From Eledone cirrhosa (taxonomy: Eukaryota): a DNA stretch of 64,000 nucleotides. A program made the translations under genes and the position numbers. The DNA is taken from NCBI GenBank assembly GCA_964016885.1, contig OZ024742.1:29822001-29886000 (forward strand), written 5' to 3'. The notes under the pieces were generated by a model. The model was not told where the DNA came from and did not search any database. It was given only the letters and a program-made list of their open reading frames with translations. This document shows, piece after piece, positions 1 to 13,376 of this stretch (its first letter is position 1; each line of letters starts with the position of its first letter).

Positions 1-38
1 ATGTATGTGTGTGTACATATATATATATATGTGTATAG

Positions 39-102
<64 letters not shown>

Positions 103-108
<6 letters not shown>

Positions 109-802
109 AAGAATTCATATCTAGTAACATATATATACATACAGATGCATATCAAAGCTAGCAAATATATAGGTTTTGTCTTAATAACAGTGTGGTTCAA
201 TGCATGGGGTTGCAGAACAATAATATAAGAGACGTAAATTATAAAATTAACTTACTTACTAAAATATCACTTCCAACTAATTAGTTTCTGGAATGGAGTA
301 AATATATTTTCCGAAGAATAATATGGAGAAGCATTCCGTCGTCAGGAAAGTCTATTCTCATGTAAGTTTCCAGGCAAAGCGAGGACACTGGAAACTTATT
401 AAAAAATAATTCAGTGGATAGGAAATAGCGAAGCGTGGACTGAATTCCAAGCCATTGAGAAAATCACTGCCTCTACGTCTGTGGCAAATTCAAAAAGAAT
501 CGAACACGTGACATCGAGGTCAATCAGTGGAAAGTGGTTTGCTAATAAGACAGCGGCCTGCCTACAACCGTAGCAGCAGTCATGGCCAATATTGCTCGAC
601 AAATAATTTGGAGATAATAATAAAGAATTCATATCTAGTAACATATATATACGTCTCTTATATTATTGTTCTGCAACCCCATGCATTGAACCACACTGTT
701 ATTAAGACAAAACCTATATATTTGCTAGCATTGATATGCATCTGTATGTATATATATGTTACTAGATATGAATTCTTTATTATTATCTCCAAATTATTTG
801 TC
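103..802. mobile_element. Penelope-like pseudo-LTR fragment with internal inverted duplications
   Basis: 103-236 is the reverse complement of 651-785. 599-650 is the reverse complement of about 750-802. It carries an HHR at 269-351, abuts a GIY-YIG fragment and starts at (TA)n. Confidence 0.65.
269..351 (-). ncRNA. Type I hammerhead ribozyme motif
   Basis: Minus strand: ACTTTC-CTGACGA-C GGAATG...CATTCC A-GAAA-CTAATTAG-TT^GGAAGT. Stems I and II pair; stem III is palindromic. Confidence 0.75.
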
Positions 803-1171
803 AGCATAATCTGTAAAGTAAGCCCCCATAATAACTGTAAAACTAGAAACATAGTATATAGCATAAGATGTACTGAGGGACAATGTAAAGATAAAAATAT
901 AGTGTACCGAGGTGAGACAGCTCGTAGCATAGGTGAACGATTAAATGAACACTGGCGAGAACTCCAAGATAGAAAAGACTCATCAGTTCTCCACCAGCAT
1001 GCTAAAATAGAACATAAGGGCAAATTAGAGAACATAGGAATAAAAATAAAATATACACACAGAAAAGACGCAATGTTTAGACAAATCACAGAGGCAATAA
1101 ACATAAATGAACTCCAACCAAAATTAAATAGAAAACATGAATGGAATAGCAACATCACAACTTACAATTAA
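803..1171 (+). pseudogene. Penelope-like element GIY-YIG endonuclease C-terminal fragment
   Basis: CKTRNIVYSIRC...VYRGETARSIGERLNEH...RQITEAININELQPKLNRK matches the PLE GIY-YIG layout. It is 5'-truncated. Confidence 0.85.
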
Positions 1172-1574
1172 GAACAAAATGAAAACACACACACACATAG
1201 AACAAACAACCAACCAGTAACATGTAAATAAACAAATAAAAACACACAGACACCCGGATGTAACACTTGCGCAAACTAAGCACACAACACACACAAAAGT
1301 AAGATGGCGTAGGACAGAACAAAGGAGAGGCACAAAACAAAGAAAAGAATCCCCAGTCACTTATGAGGTCACAGAATGTGTGACGAAAGAACTTTGATAA
1401 TATATGAACAACCATCCGGTTGTGGAACCAACCAACCAACGGGAAATTTATAATAAATTGAATTGAAAGCAACTGGTGCGTGTGTTTCTTATTGGCAACA
1501 TGACCCTCCCAAAGTATAACAATATCGGTTTCAACACACGTTTTCAGATAAAGAATCTTGCTAAACAAATTCAG

Positions 1575-1580
<6 letters not shown>
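1172..1580 (+). mobile_element. 3' UTR/pseudo-LTR of the PLE, with degenerate HHR at 1356-1398
   Basis: GTCA-CTTATGA(G5 mutated)-G GTCACA..TGTGAC-GAAA-GAAC-TT-TGAT. Homologous to 2695-3160 and 11143-11498 (both inverted). Confidence 0.7.
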
Positions 1581-1610
<30 letters not shown>

Positions 1611-1617
1611 AAGTATG

Positions 1618-1713
1618 ACCCCGACGGCAGAGCACAAGCCGTTTCGACGGCTATTTCTGGACTAAATTAGAATTTTTAGCCTGGTGAATAAATAGCCGAA
1701 CTTATCAAGGGGG
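1618..1713 (-). ncRNA. Hammerhead ribozyme, U3-A8 core variant (UUGAUAA)
   Basis: CCCC-TTGATAA-G..CGGCTATTT...AAATAGCCG TC-GAAA-CGGC..GCCG-TC^GGGG. All three stems pair and the site is GUC. Confidence 0.8.
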
Positions 1714-2230
1714 TACTTCCTTATATGGGAAAATTGTAGTTGTCAAGAGGATTGGTTAAAATTTGTTGTAAACACAAATAAGTCTATCATGGCATTTGGT
1801 GGGAGGTAGGGGTGGCTGAACTTGCCTGTAGAACAATAGGGGAGTGAGTGGAGCGGTCAAGCGTTGAAAGAGATATGTATACAGCAGATTCTAAGGATAA
1901 GGTATGAAGTGGAGGAGGGAGGTTATAGAATAGGTAAATCGAATGAGAGTAGGAGACAATAAAAGATAATAGAAAGAAATAAAAAAAATATATAAAATTA
2001 GATTGTGAGAAATGAATTAAAAAAAATCACATTGCTATCTTACAATAACAGGTTAATAAGTTGAGAATAGAAAAAACTTGTAGAAATTGAGTAGTACCAG
2101 AACTGATACAGAATTAAAGGGGTTTAACACGTCTGCTATAAGTAGTTAGTAAAAGTATTGAGTACTCTGGTGCGTTATGATCCATCTGGTTCCTTACCAC
2201 AATTCCTTTGTCATATATATATATATATAT

Positions 2231-2669
2231 CACTACTCTAAAACAATAGCATAAGGTCTTCGAAATGCTTTTAATTAAGCATACAGTGTATTGCAAAATA
2301 CATTATATATACATTCATATATATATCGCTATTTCAGAGCACCAATTCTAATTTTCAATTTCTGCTTGACCGGCAACCGCTCTGTATAATCAGTTCTTGA
2401 TTATTTACTAGAATTCTATAAGAACCAAACATCCATGATTTCAGCAAACAGGAGGAGTAGTTGGCTTTGATAAGCATCAATAAATGCGAAACAAGGCCTT
2501 GTCAGCTTTATCTCCCCTGTTTGCTGAAATTAAAGTAAGTGAGTCTGTCACTACTCTAAAACAATAGCATAAGGTCTTCGAAATGCTTTTAATTAAGCAT
2601 ACAGTGTATTGCAAAATACACTATATATACATTCATATATATATAGCTATTTCAGAGCACCAATTCTAA
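2231..2669 (+). mobile_element. 318-bp non-coding HHR-bearing unit plus 120-bp partial tandem repeat (pLTR or retrozyme-like)
   Basis: 2231-2351 is repeated at 2549-2669. HHR lies at 2463-2507. Both flanks are (TA)n. An inverted relative lies at about 13975-14145. Confidence 0.7.
2463..2507 (+). ncRNA. Hammerhead ribozyme, U3-A8 variant, palindromic stem III
   Basis: GGCT-TTGATAA-GCAT caataa ATGC-GAAA-CAAGGCCTTG-TC^AGCT. Stem I is extended by pairing of 2438-2458 with 2512-2530. Confidence 0.8.
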
Positions 2670-2694
2670 TATATATATATATATATATATATAA

Positions 2695-3362
2695 TACGTT
2701 CTTGAATTTGTTTTGCGAGATTTCGTATCTGAAAACGTGTGTTGCAACATATATTGTTATACTCTGGAAGGTTCATGTTGCCAATAAAAACACATGGACT
2801 TGTTGGTTTTCACTTCAATTTATTATAAATTTCCGGTTGGTTGATTGGTTCGATAACCGGAAGGTTGTTTATATATTGTCAAAGCTCTTTCGTCACACAT
2901 TCTGCGACCTCCTCAGTGACTAGGTTTTTATTTTATGTGTCTCTCCTTTATTCTGTCCTACACCATCTTGTTTTTGTGTGTTGTGTGCTTAGTTTGCGCA
3001 CGCGTTACATCCGGGTATGTGTGTGTGTTTTTATTTATCTATTTTTTTGTTTATTTACTTGTCACTAGTTGGTTGTTTGTTCTATCTGTGTGTGTCTGAT
3101 TTGTTTTGTTAGTTTGGTTTTTGTATATCTCGCTATATCTTTATCTTGTCCTTAATTACTAGTTGTGATGTGGCTATTCCACTCATGTTTTCTGTTTAAT
3201 TTTGGTTAGAGTTCGTTTATGTTTATTTCCTCTGTGATTTGTCTGAGCATCGCATCTTTTCTGTGTGTGGATATAATTTTTATTTCTATGTTCTCTAATG
3301 TGCACCTATGTCCTATTTTGGCATGTTGGTGGAGTACTGATGAGTTTTACCAATCCTTGAGT
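2695..3362 (-). mobile_element. Inverted second copy of the PLE 3' end (GIY-YIG tail plus pLTR)
   Basis: Diverged reverse complement of about 960-1580. Confidence 0.8.
2878..2920 (-). ncRNA. Minimal hammerhead ribozyme motif
   Basis: GTCA-CTGAGGA-G GTCGCA gaatg TGTGAC-GAAA-GAGC-TT^TGAC. Confidence 0.7.
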
Positions 3363-3483
3363 GTATATATATATATATATATATGAAGTAATTCCATCGG
3401 AAAAGTCCAGGAAAAAAGAGTGCTCTATGTAGGCAACAGAGCTTAATTATTATTATTATGTAATAAACAACATAAGGCAATTA

Positions 3484-3543
3484 TTCCATTTACCAGTGGT
3501 TTCTTAAAAGCAAAAGGTTTTGCTTTCAATCCTCAGAACGGAA
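3484..3543 (-). ncRNA. Type I hammerhead ribozyme in a pLTR family (also 4870, 40740, 49219)
   Basis: TTCCGTT-CTGAGGA-TTGAAAGCAAAA cc TTTTGCTTTTAA-GAAA-CC act GG-TA^AATGGAA. Confidence 0.85.
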
Positions 3544-3831
3544 AAATCCTGGTTTGTTTATTGAATTTGGATTACAAACAAAAATGCAATCTATATGAAA
3601 GTGAGGCTGGAGAAGGGAGAAGGAAAGGAAAAATAAAATAAAATAAAACTACGCATGCAAACACACACACAAAAAAAAACCCAAAAGCATACTTACACAC
3701 ACATACATATATACATATATATATATGTACGCATACATATATACATATACACATATATATAAAACGTACACTTACATACACAAACACATATATACACACA
3801 TATACACATACAAACATTAATACATATACAC

Positions 3832-3876
<45 letters not shown>

Positions 3877-4378
3877 TATCCACACACATATATATATGTA
3901 CATATATATATATATATATACATATATATACATATACACACATACACATACACACACATACACATGTGTGTGTACAAGCATACACATACACAAACATAGC
4001 CATACACACACACATATATATACACATACATACATTCACACAAACATACAAAACGTACATACATACACATACATGAATGCACTCCTCTACATATTCACAC
4101 ACGCAAATAAATATAAGAAAAAAAAAATATATATATATATTTTAAAAATTTTTGACACCGATACACGACCCAGCTAACAGGACAGACACGCGTGGTAAGT
4201 AATACACACAAAAGCACGTATACATACGTACGAAATAGTAAACACATACACACACTCTCATACATAAATATACATAAACAAATACAAAAACACATACATA
4301 CACATACATACACAAACACGCACACGTATACATATTAAACACACACACATATGTATATATAATTATATACACACACAC

Positions 4379-4453
<75 letters not shown>

Positions 4454-4585
4454 CAAAAATATAAAAATATAAACGCACACACACACACACACACGCATAT
4501 ACGTAAACACACATATACATACATAGCTAAACAATTATACACATGCAAATACGTATATATCAAATACACGCACAACCAAATACAA

Positions 4586-4623
<38 letters not shown>

Positions 4624-4678
4624 CCACACACACACATATATACATAAAAAAATAATAAATACACACACACACATATAC

Positions 4679-4709
<31 letters not shown>

Positions 4710-4869
4710 CACACACACATACACACATACGTACATATACACATATGCATACACATACACACACACATATACATGTGTGTATGTGTAAAACTCAGTATTA
4801 GAAAAGACAAATGAACCTTACATAAACGTATATATAGTAGTAAAGTAATAAAGCAACATAAGGCAATTA

Positions 4870-4929
4870 TTCCATTCACCAGAGGTTTCTTAAAAGCAAA
4901 AAATGTTTCCTTCAGTCTTCAGAATGAAA
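4870..4929 (-). ncRNA. Degenerate HHR copy (GUG cleavage triplet, predicted inactive)
   Basis: TTTCATT-CTGAAGA-...-GAAA-CC tct GG-TG-AATGGAA. Direct-repeat homolog of 3484-3543. Confidence 0.65.
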
Positions 4930-5848
4930 AAAATGAAAAAAATGAAAAAAATGAAAAAAACCTGGTTTATCCACATATACATACATATACATACACAAAT
5001 ATACATATATATACACACATACACATACACACACATACATATATATATATACACACAAAAATACATACACATACGCATAGGTATGTGAAGGGCAAAACAA
5101 AAAGAATATATGGGGGGGGGGGGGCTAAGAGGAGGTAAAATATAAGGGGAGGTAAGGGAGAAAAAAAATTTTGTAAATATACAAGAGTACAGAAGGTAGA
5201 ATCAGCAAAATAAAAACCGTAGCAGAAGTAAAGAGCAGAGAAGGAGTTCAAGGCGGTTGATTTATCATAGGAGTGTCAATCCAGTTACAGATCAGATGCG
5301 ATTTCAGATGAGGACAGCATCTGAAGATCTCAGTCTTTGAGTTAAGGCAAGCGGAAGTGGCTCTCAAGTTTAGCAAAATCCTATACTTTTCTGTGGTGCA
5401 CAAAGAACAATTCTTTGTGCCCCTTTGGTATTCCCTCGAATGGTCTAATATAGACCAATCAATAGAGTACGGGATATTACTATCCTTGAGATCCCATACC
5501 TTACTATATATCCCATACCTTACTATATATATATATACACTCTTTTAATTACATATACACACACATATCCTCTTAGCTTCGTACGGACGTATAATAAAGC
5601 ACACACATACACACACACACGCGCATACGCACGCGCACACGTATAGCTCTATATACAAAAGGGTTTTTTCCCATTTCAGATAGACGTGCTCCATCATCCA
5701 CTTTTCTAAAAGAAGTATATCATACACAAAACGCCAGCATCAAGTTTTCCAAGAGATGCCAACATGAATGGACCTGTTATTTTACTCTAACCACTTTTTT
5801 CCGATTCCGCCCTGCCTGTCCCTTCCATCTTTCTAATTTCTCATTCTT

Positions 5849-5884
5849 TCTTCTGATGAAGGATTGACGTCCGAAACGTTAAGA
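5849..5884 (+). ncRNA. Minimal PLE-type hammerhead ribozyme
   Basis: TCTT-CTGATGA-A GGA ttgacg TCC-GAAA-CG-TT^AAGA, with an AACGTT palindrome. Confidence 0.75.
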
Positions 5885-6002
5885 CACTCTTTCTGCTATT
5901 TCAAGCGTTAACCTAATATATTCCTTCCATATACTGTTCTGATTGTGTTGTTATTTCTGTTTACCTTTTAAAATGTATTGGTAACATGACCCTTCCAAAG
6001 TA

Positions 6003-6042
<40 letters not shown>

Positions 6043-6046
<4 letters not shown>

Positions 6047-6070
6047 TCCCGTGTATTTTCGTTCATTTTC

Positions 6071-6109
<39 letters not shown>

Positions 6110-6260
6110 TCCTGTGTATTTTCGTTCATTCTCAACTATATATATATATATATATATATATGCATCCTGTGTATTTTCGTTCATTTTCAACTATATATAT
6201 ATATATATATATGCATCCTGTGTATTTTCGTTCATTTTCAACTATATATATATATATATA
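6043..6260. repeat. Compound minisatellite: 4 copies of a 31-bp unit separated by variable (TA)n
   Basis: TGCATCCTGTGTATTTTCGTTCATTTTCAAC at about 6043, 6106, 6161 and 6212. Confidence 0.9.
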
Positions 6261-6624
6261 TAAACACAAATGCTGACTTACAGAAATCAACAAAAATATT
6301 GATATTGACAAATTCTCTGGTCGATACACTCGGTGGAACATTTCATCCGATATGATATTCTATACAATATAGCAAGTAATTCCTTGCAATATCAGAATAG
6401 TAACTTGTAAGAGTTTCACATTTATTAAATACCACCTCCATATGCTCTTCACTCTATATGTATTTATATATATATGTGTGTGTGTGTGTGTTGTGTGTGT
6501 GTGTGTGTGTTATGTATATATGTGTATATGTGTGTGTATGTGTGTGTATACCACTCCATATATATGTACATGTATATGCACAACCCCTATAAATATATAT
6601 ATGCGTGTGTGTGTGCATGTATGT

Positions 6625-6683
<59 letters not shown>

Positions 6684-6798
6684 TAGTTTCTAGTTCCATA
6701 AATCTCCGCGGGAGTCGTAGGGGCGCTACATTGAGATACGCGCTTTGTTTCTGGGCAGTTTTTAACCTAAAGGAGCCCATTTCCTCTTTAGATACATG

Positions 6799-6832
<34 letters not shown>

Positions 6833-6932
6833 GCCGAAAATCAGTATGTAAGTGTTTTAATGATAAAACAATTTAACCTAATAACAAATGTTTTGGAGAT
6901 CCAAAAATTCATTTATACATGTTATAAAGATC

Positions 6933-7055
<123 letters not shown>

Positions 7056-7186
7056 AGGTGCGCTTTGCAAACACTTTTTTATCATTTTCCTTCTCTAACG
7101 CGATCTATATAGAACGTTTTCTAACGACCACACTTTTTGTTCACTATATATCTATATTTCCAATACGGCCTTCTGGGTTTTTTTCA

Positions 7187-7236
<50 letters not shown>

Positions 7237-7378
7237 TAGTAGAACACTGGAAGGTAATATCCGTAGTAGTAGAGCACTCAGTCCATGGGACGAGTTTTGG
7301 TAGAAGTAGTAACACAACAGTTAGTTCACCATACCGAGAATAAATATTTCACCTTATTCGGATCCTCATATGTATGTG

Positions 7379-7415
<37 letters not shown>

Positions 7416-7519
7416 ACATTATATATATACATACACATACATATATTTATATATATATATATATAAATACATGTAAATATTTATATCTATATATCTATAT
7501 ATATATAAATACATGTAAA

Positions 7520-7590
<71 letters not shown>

Positions 7591-7656
7591 ATACACCTGT
7601 GTATACACACACATGCACACATATGTATATATTATATATATATATAAATATGTAAT

Positions 7657-7732
<76 letters not shown>

Positions 7733-7930
7733 CAGTTCACGAAAAGATCTTTAATCCCTTAAAAGTAGATACATGGTTTTCTTCCGACAATTGCCCCTGG
7801 GATCTCCGTTCTGTCCCCTGGGATCTCCGTTCTGTCCCCTGGGACCACAAGCCGGACTAAACCTTAAACAGAGAGATATTACCAACCTTATTTCGTTCAG
7901 TATTATTATTCTTAACAATAATACTGAACG

Positions 7931-8120
7931 ATGGATTGGCATGATCATTAGAGGGTCAGACGCCATGCTTTGCAGCACAGAGTTACGGGCCTTTACGATC
8001 TGAGTTCAAATCCTGCCGAGGTTAGCTTTGCCTTTCATCCTTTCGGGGTCGATAAAATAAAGTACCAGTAATACACTGGGATAATTTCTGGCCTTGTGCC
8101 AAAAGTAGAAACAATTATTA
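7931..8120 (+). mobile_element. tRNA-derived SINE (octopod-type)
   Basis: B-box GAGTTCAAATCC, core CTTTGCCTTTCATCCTTTCGGGGTCGATAAAATAAAGTACCAG and an (ATT)n tail. Many copies occur in the window. Confidence 0.8.
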
Positions 8121-8224
8121 TTCTTGAGTATCTCATTTCTCCTCCCAACTTCTCCAGCCCATGCTGTATATTTTCATTTTGTTTGTATCGTGTTATAGTT
8201 TCTATGTTTGGTTGAATATTGGTT

Positions 8225-8435
8225 TATGATTTAGGCACAAGGCCAACAATTTGGGGGAGGGAATGTCGATTAAATTGACCCCAGTGTATTATTGGTACTT
8301 TATTTTATCGACCCCGTAAGGATGAAAGGCAAAGCCAACCTCGGTGGCTTTTGAACTCAGAGTGTAAAGGGGTGTAACTCTATGCCATAAAGCATGTTGT
8401 CCGACGCTCTACTGATGCTGCCAATGCACCGCCTT
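8225..8435 (-). mobile_element. tRNA-derived SINE
   Basis: Reverse complement of the same core and head. Confidence 0.75.
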
Positions 8436-8734
8436 TGTTTGGTTGACTATTGAGTTTTATCCTGTATGTAGTAGCATGACCGAATGGTTAAGAGATACAC
8501 TTCTCTATCATTGGGTTCCACGTTCGAGCCTCCAGTGTGGTGTCTTGGGCATGTGTTATTTACTATGTATGGATCAGTAACTCTGGAGGGAGTCGTAGGT
8601 GTACTGCTTTGACATATGCTGTTTTTTTTTCTAAACCTGGTGGAGCCCATCTCCTCACCAGGTCTAAATACAGCAGATTTCTTCCAGAGGATAGAGAGTG
8701 AGAGAATGGAAATGAGAAAGAGATATAGAGAAAG

Positions 8735-8892
8735 AGTTGACTCCAGTACTAGACTGGTACGTTTTTATCCGCCTTGAATGGATGAAAGGCAAAGCTAGCC
8801 TCGGTGGGATTTAAACTCAAAGCACAGAGTGGAAACAAATGCCACAAAGCATTCCAGCCGACATCCCAACGACTCTGCCAATTCACCGCCTG
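8735..8892 (-). mobile_element. tRNA-derived SINE, diverged
   Basis: GGATGAAAGGCAAAGCTAGCCTCGGTGGGATTTAAACTC...TGCCAATTCACCGCC. Confidence 0.7.
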
Positions 8893-9089
8893 TTATTTAC
8901 TGTAGCCTAGAGTAAAGTCACACCTTTTCAGTGAAATTAGGTAGAGAGAATCTATTTGTCAGCTCATTAAAGACACGGCATTATGAAAGAATGTCTCACG
9001 CTAAATCTATCGGAGAATTACGATAGATATACACATGCCTGTATAAGGCTCAGCCACTGGCTTACAATACAAGATGGATAGTATTGCAC

Positions 9090-9450
9090 TGTCTTCTTCT
9101 TCTTATTATTTTTTTTCTTCTTCTTCTTCTTCTTCTTCTTCTTCTTCTTCTTCTTCTTCTTCTTCTTCTTCTTCTTCTTCTTCTTTTTCTTCCTCTTTTT
9201 CTTCTTCTTTTTCTTCTTTTTCGTCTTCTTCTTTTTCTTTTTCTTCTTCGCCCACTTATTCCTGAAATAGACATGGGGGTGGGGTGGGGGGCAGAGTCCT
9301 CAAACACACCTTCCAGTGGGTCCTGTCAGAAGCAACTGTCTCCAACTGACCCGGCTGGATCCCCAAACAAGACCAGTCAAGCTCATGGATGTTATCCAAC
9401 CATCTTGCTCAGGGTCTACCTCTGGCTTTCCTACCGGTTAGTTTTGCTGT
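9090..9450 (-). mobile_element. RTE-clade LINE 3' fragment with (GAA)n tail
   Basis: Manual minus-strand translation GRKARGRP*ARWLDNIHELDWSCLGIQPGQLETVASDRTHWKVCLRTLPP resembles an RTE C-terminus. (CTT)n lies at 9090-9250. Confidence 0.7.
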
Positions 9451-10088
9451 CGGGTCTCGAATAATCATCCCCTCCCCAACTTATTAATTTTTCAGATTCC
9501 CCAAACCGCTTATTCCAAACACCTCCCTCCTATTACTTGAGACCCGAGAGTATTATTCAAAAAGGGAGCAGCCTTGTCACACATCACGGTGAATCACCCG
9601 GAGAATTATATTAAAAGTGCACGTGTGTGTATGTGTGTATGGAATGCTTAGGCACTTACGCATTAATTTCAGGGGCTGGCTGATTCGTTATACAAACAAG
9701 TGAGACACCACTCCTCGTCAACTCCGACGAATGTCCATTACATTTAACAATACCGCTTTATTTTACTCTAACCTCACACTATATTATATTTGGGGCTTGC
9801 AATAAAAACGAAAACGAAAACTGAAAACTAAATTCCTATGTTCCACACTGGAAGAGAATGTTTCATTCTAATTGCTTCTATCCTACATTTTATTCTCTCA
9901 TCTACCAATGTCCGTCATAAAATAAAATCATGGCGGCGTTACATATCTCATTTCCTTTGCTGCTTTCTTGCACGAGTCAGAAGCTCTTTATATATATATG
10001 TGTGCGTATATATATATATGTATGTATATATATACGATATATATATATTGGGGGGGGGGGGTACATATGTATGTATATATATATATAT

Positions 10089-10131
<43 letters not shown>

Positions 10132-10295
10132 TGTGTGTGTGTATATATATATGTAAATATATATAAATATATATATATGTACACATATATATATATATAT
10201 ATACACACATATATATATACGTATATATATATACATATATATATACGTAAATATATGTTCATATATATATATATATATATATACATATGTAAATG

Positions 10296-10342
<47 letters not shown>

Positions 10343-10357
10343 GTATATATATGTATG

Positions 10358-10454
<97 letters not shown>

Positions 10455-10472
10455 ATATATATATATATATAT

Positions 10473-10538
<66 letters not shown>

Positions 10539-10565
10539 ATATGTATATATATATATATGTATGTG

Positions 10566-10797
<232 letters not shown>

Positions 10798-10906
10798 ATA
10801 GACCAATAATAAAATTAGTAAACCCACTATCCGGGAGCTTCCAACCGACATGGTCGCATTCTTTAAGGGTATGTCAATACTTGTTTATAAAACTGATCTA
10901 TATTAT

Positions 10907-10969
10907 ATTTTATGTGATGAAAGAGCACCATGATTTGCTTTGGTGTCCTTGAAATATGTATAATGAAAT
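10907..10969 (+). ncRNA. HHR motif with C3G core substitution
   Basis: ATTTTAT-GTGATGA-AAGAGCACCA..TGGTGTCCTT-GAAA-TATGTA-TA^ATGAAAT. Confidence 0.6.
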
Positions 10970-11096
10970 AAATATGGTTATATAAATATAGTTTCCATTT
11001 GTTAATATATTGTATTTTTACTCCAAAAATTTGTTGAGTGCTTTATATCAGTTATAAAAATATTTGCTTGTTGTATCCCAACAAATTAAATATAAC

Positions 11097-11144
<48 letters not shown>

Positions 11145-11366
11145 CGTTTCTGAATTTGTTTAGCAAGATTCTTTATCTGAAATCGTGTGTTGAAACCGAT
11201 ATTGTTATACTTTGGGAGGGTCATGTTGCCAATAAGAAACACACGCACCAGTTGCTTTCACTTCAATTTATTATATATTTATAAATTTATAAATTTACAA
11301 ATCTACAAACCTATAAATTTCTGGTTGGCTGGTTGGTTCCACAACCAGATAGTTGTTTATATATAT

Positions 11367-11411
11367 AGTCATAGTCCTTTCGTCACACACTCTGTGACCT
11401 CTTCAGTGACT
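11367..11411 (-). ncRNA. Minimal hammerhead ribozyme in pLTR copy 11143-11498
   Basis: AGTCA-CTGAAGA-G GTCACA gagtg TGTGAC-GAAA-GGAC-TA^TGACT. Confidence 0.75.
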
Positions 11412-11504
11412 GGGGATTCCTTTCTTCGTTTCTGTGCCTTTCCTTTCTTCTATCCTACGCCATTTTGTTTCTGTGTGAAACAAAATGGCGTAGGATAGAA
11501 GTAT

Positions 11505-11617
<113 letters not shown>

Positions 11618-12134
11618 AGTAATAGATTATAATCAGAAAGAAGAGGAGTCTCAAAAAGAACAAATAATTACTGAGGTCGCAGAATGTGACTATATATATA
11701 TATAAATGGAACCTCGTTCTTCCCCCAACTCTCACATTCACATACACACACACGTACACCTACACACACACAACACCATCAGCCCTCCCCGCTCGGACAC
11801 CCCGCCTCCCTCTCCCCTCTCCACCCGCCACCACCCCTACACGCCCCACACCCTTCCACCACTTGTTTATCTTCATGTTTATTTTTATTTTTATTATTTT
11901 TTATATTTATTTTCATGTGTACCCCTTCCACCGCCCCCCCCCCCTTTTTTTCTAAATGTCTCTACCCCACTCCCCTACACACCCTTGGAACTTTCTTCCA
12001 ACACACTTTTCGCCTGAAGAAGGGCTTATGCTCGAAACCTCGTTCCCCATCCCACCCCCACCCCCACTCTCAAGAGCGTGAAACTAATAAACCTTTGTTC
12101 GTACTGCCTCTCTGTTTTGTTCCCGTTCCATTTT

Positions 12135-12182
<48 letters not shown>

Positions 12183-12246
12183 GTTTAGCAAATAATGAAA
12201 AAGTTTCAAAATAAGTTTTTAAAAATTGACTTTACTTACTATAGTT

Positions 12247-12330
12247 ACCTTTACCGAATCGGTTTCGAATCTCAAAAATAAACGGAGACCATACGGCCTT
12301 CGTTGCAAAGAAAGATTCTCGTCAGAAGGT
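12247..12330 (-). ncRNA. Type I hammerhead ribozyme (inverted copy)
   Basis: ACCTT-CTGACGA-GAATCT...AGATTC-GAAA-CCG att CGG-TA^AAGGT. Confidence 0.85.
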
Positions 12331-12744
12331 TCTTTTCATTCGAAGAATATAAAATTCCTGAATTTAAATTACGAACTAGCGCTATCCAAAACTGTTCCCG
12401 AGATGAGAGTAAATGAAGTGGAATCAATTTTTTCAAGGGCCGAAGTAAAATTGAACCACATTGGCATATGGTTGGACAATACATGTGTCCCTTAGCGCTT
12501 TGTGCGTGTAGGAACACATATCCTATTATTACTAATCTCCTCTATGTTGAGAAAAATAATGTGGTCGTTCCGACTGTTGCTAGTGATAGTGGTGGCCGTT
12601 TGACCTACCTCCCTCTGCCTCTATCTTTACTTCGGCCCTTGAAAAAATTGATTCCACTTCATTTACTCTCATCTCGAGAACAGTTTTGGAGAGCGCTAGT
12701 TCGTAATTTAAATTCAGGAATTTTATATTCTTCAAATGAAAAGA

Positions 12745-12828
12745 ACCTTCTGACGAGAATCTTTCTTTGCAACGAAGGCCGTATGGTCTCCGTTTATTTT
12801 TGAGATTCGAAACCGATTCGGTAAAGGT
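12745..12828 (+). ncRNA. Type I hammerhead ribozyme (tandem copy 1)
   Basis: Same motif with a canonical core and a GUA site. Confidence 0.85.
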
Positions 12829-13228
12829 AACTATAGTAAGTAAAGTCAATTTCTTTTAATTTATTTTGAAACTTTTTCATTATTTGCTAAACCTGATTAT
12901 ATATGTTCTGGCTCGTTAATTTATTAACCTGCCATTGAACCACATTGGCATATGGTTGGACAATACATGTGTCCCTTAGCGATTTGTGCGTGTAGGAACA
13001 CATATCCTATTATTACTATACTCCTCTATGTTGAGAAAAAAAATTTGGTCGTTCCGACTGCTGCTAGTGATAGTGGTGGCCGTTTGACCTACCTCCATCT
13101 GCCTCTATCTTTACTTCGGCCCTTGAAAAAATTGATTCCACTTCATTTACTCTCATCTCGGGAACAGTTTTGGATAGCGCTAGTTCGTAATTTAAATTCA
13201 GGAATTTTATATTCTTCGAATGAAAAGA

Positions 13229-13312
13229 ACCTTCTGACGAGAATCTTTCTTTGCAACGAAGGCCGTATGGTCTCCGTTTATTTTTGAGATTCGAAACCGA
13301 TTCGGTAAAGGT
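13229..13312 (+). ncRNA. Type I hammerhead ribozyme (tandem copy 2)
   Basis: Same motif, 484 nt downstream of copy 1. Confidence 0.85.
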
Positions 13313-13376
13313 AACTATAAGTAAAGTCAATTTTTTAAAACTTATTTTGAAACTTTTTCATTATTTGCTAAACCTG

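Noticed and set aside
527-802. N-terminal part of the 214-aa ORF
   Set aside because: Made of inverted pLTR sequence; only the part after about 803 is GIY-YIG.
6043-6260. CRISPR-like array (also 38150-38420)
   Set aside because: Spacers are (TA)n or mutually similar, there are no cas genes, and the context is eukaryotic.
12011-12045. CTGAAGA-A GGGC ttat GCTC-GAAA
   Set aside because: HHR core and stem II are present but there is no stem I partner; counted only as a decayed motif.
12226-13330. 89-111-aa ORFs repeated three times
   Set aside because: They recur only because the DNA is repeated. They have non-ATG starts, overlap on both strands and show no domain.
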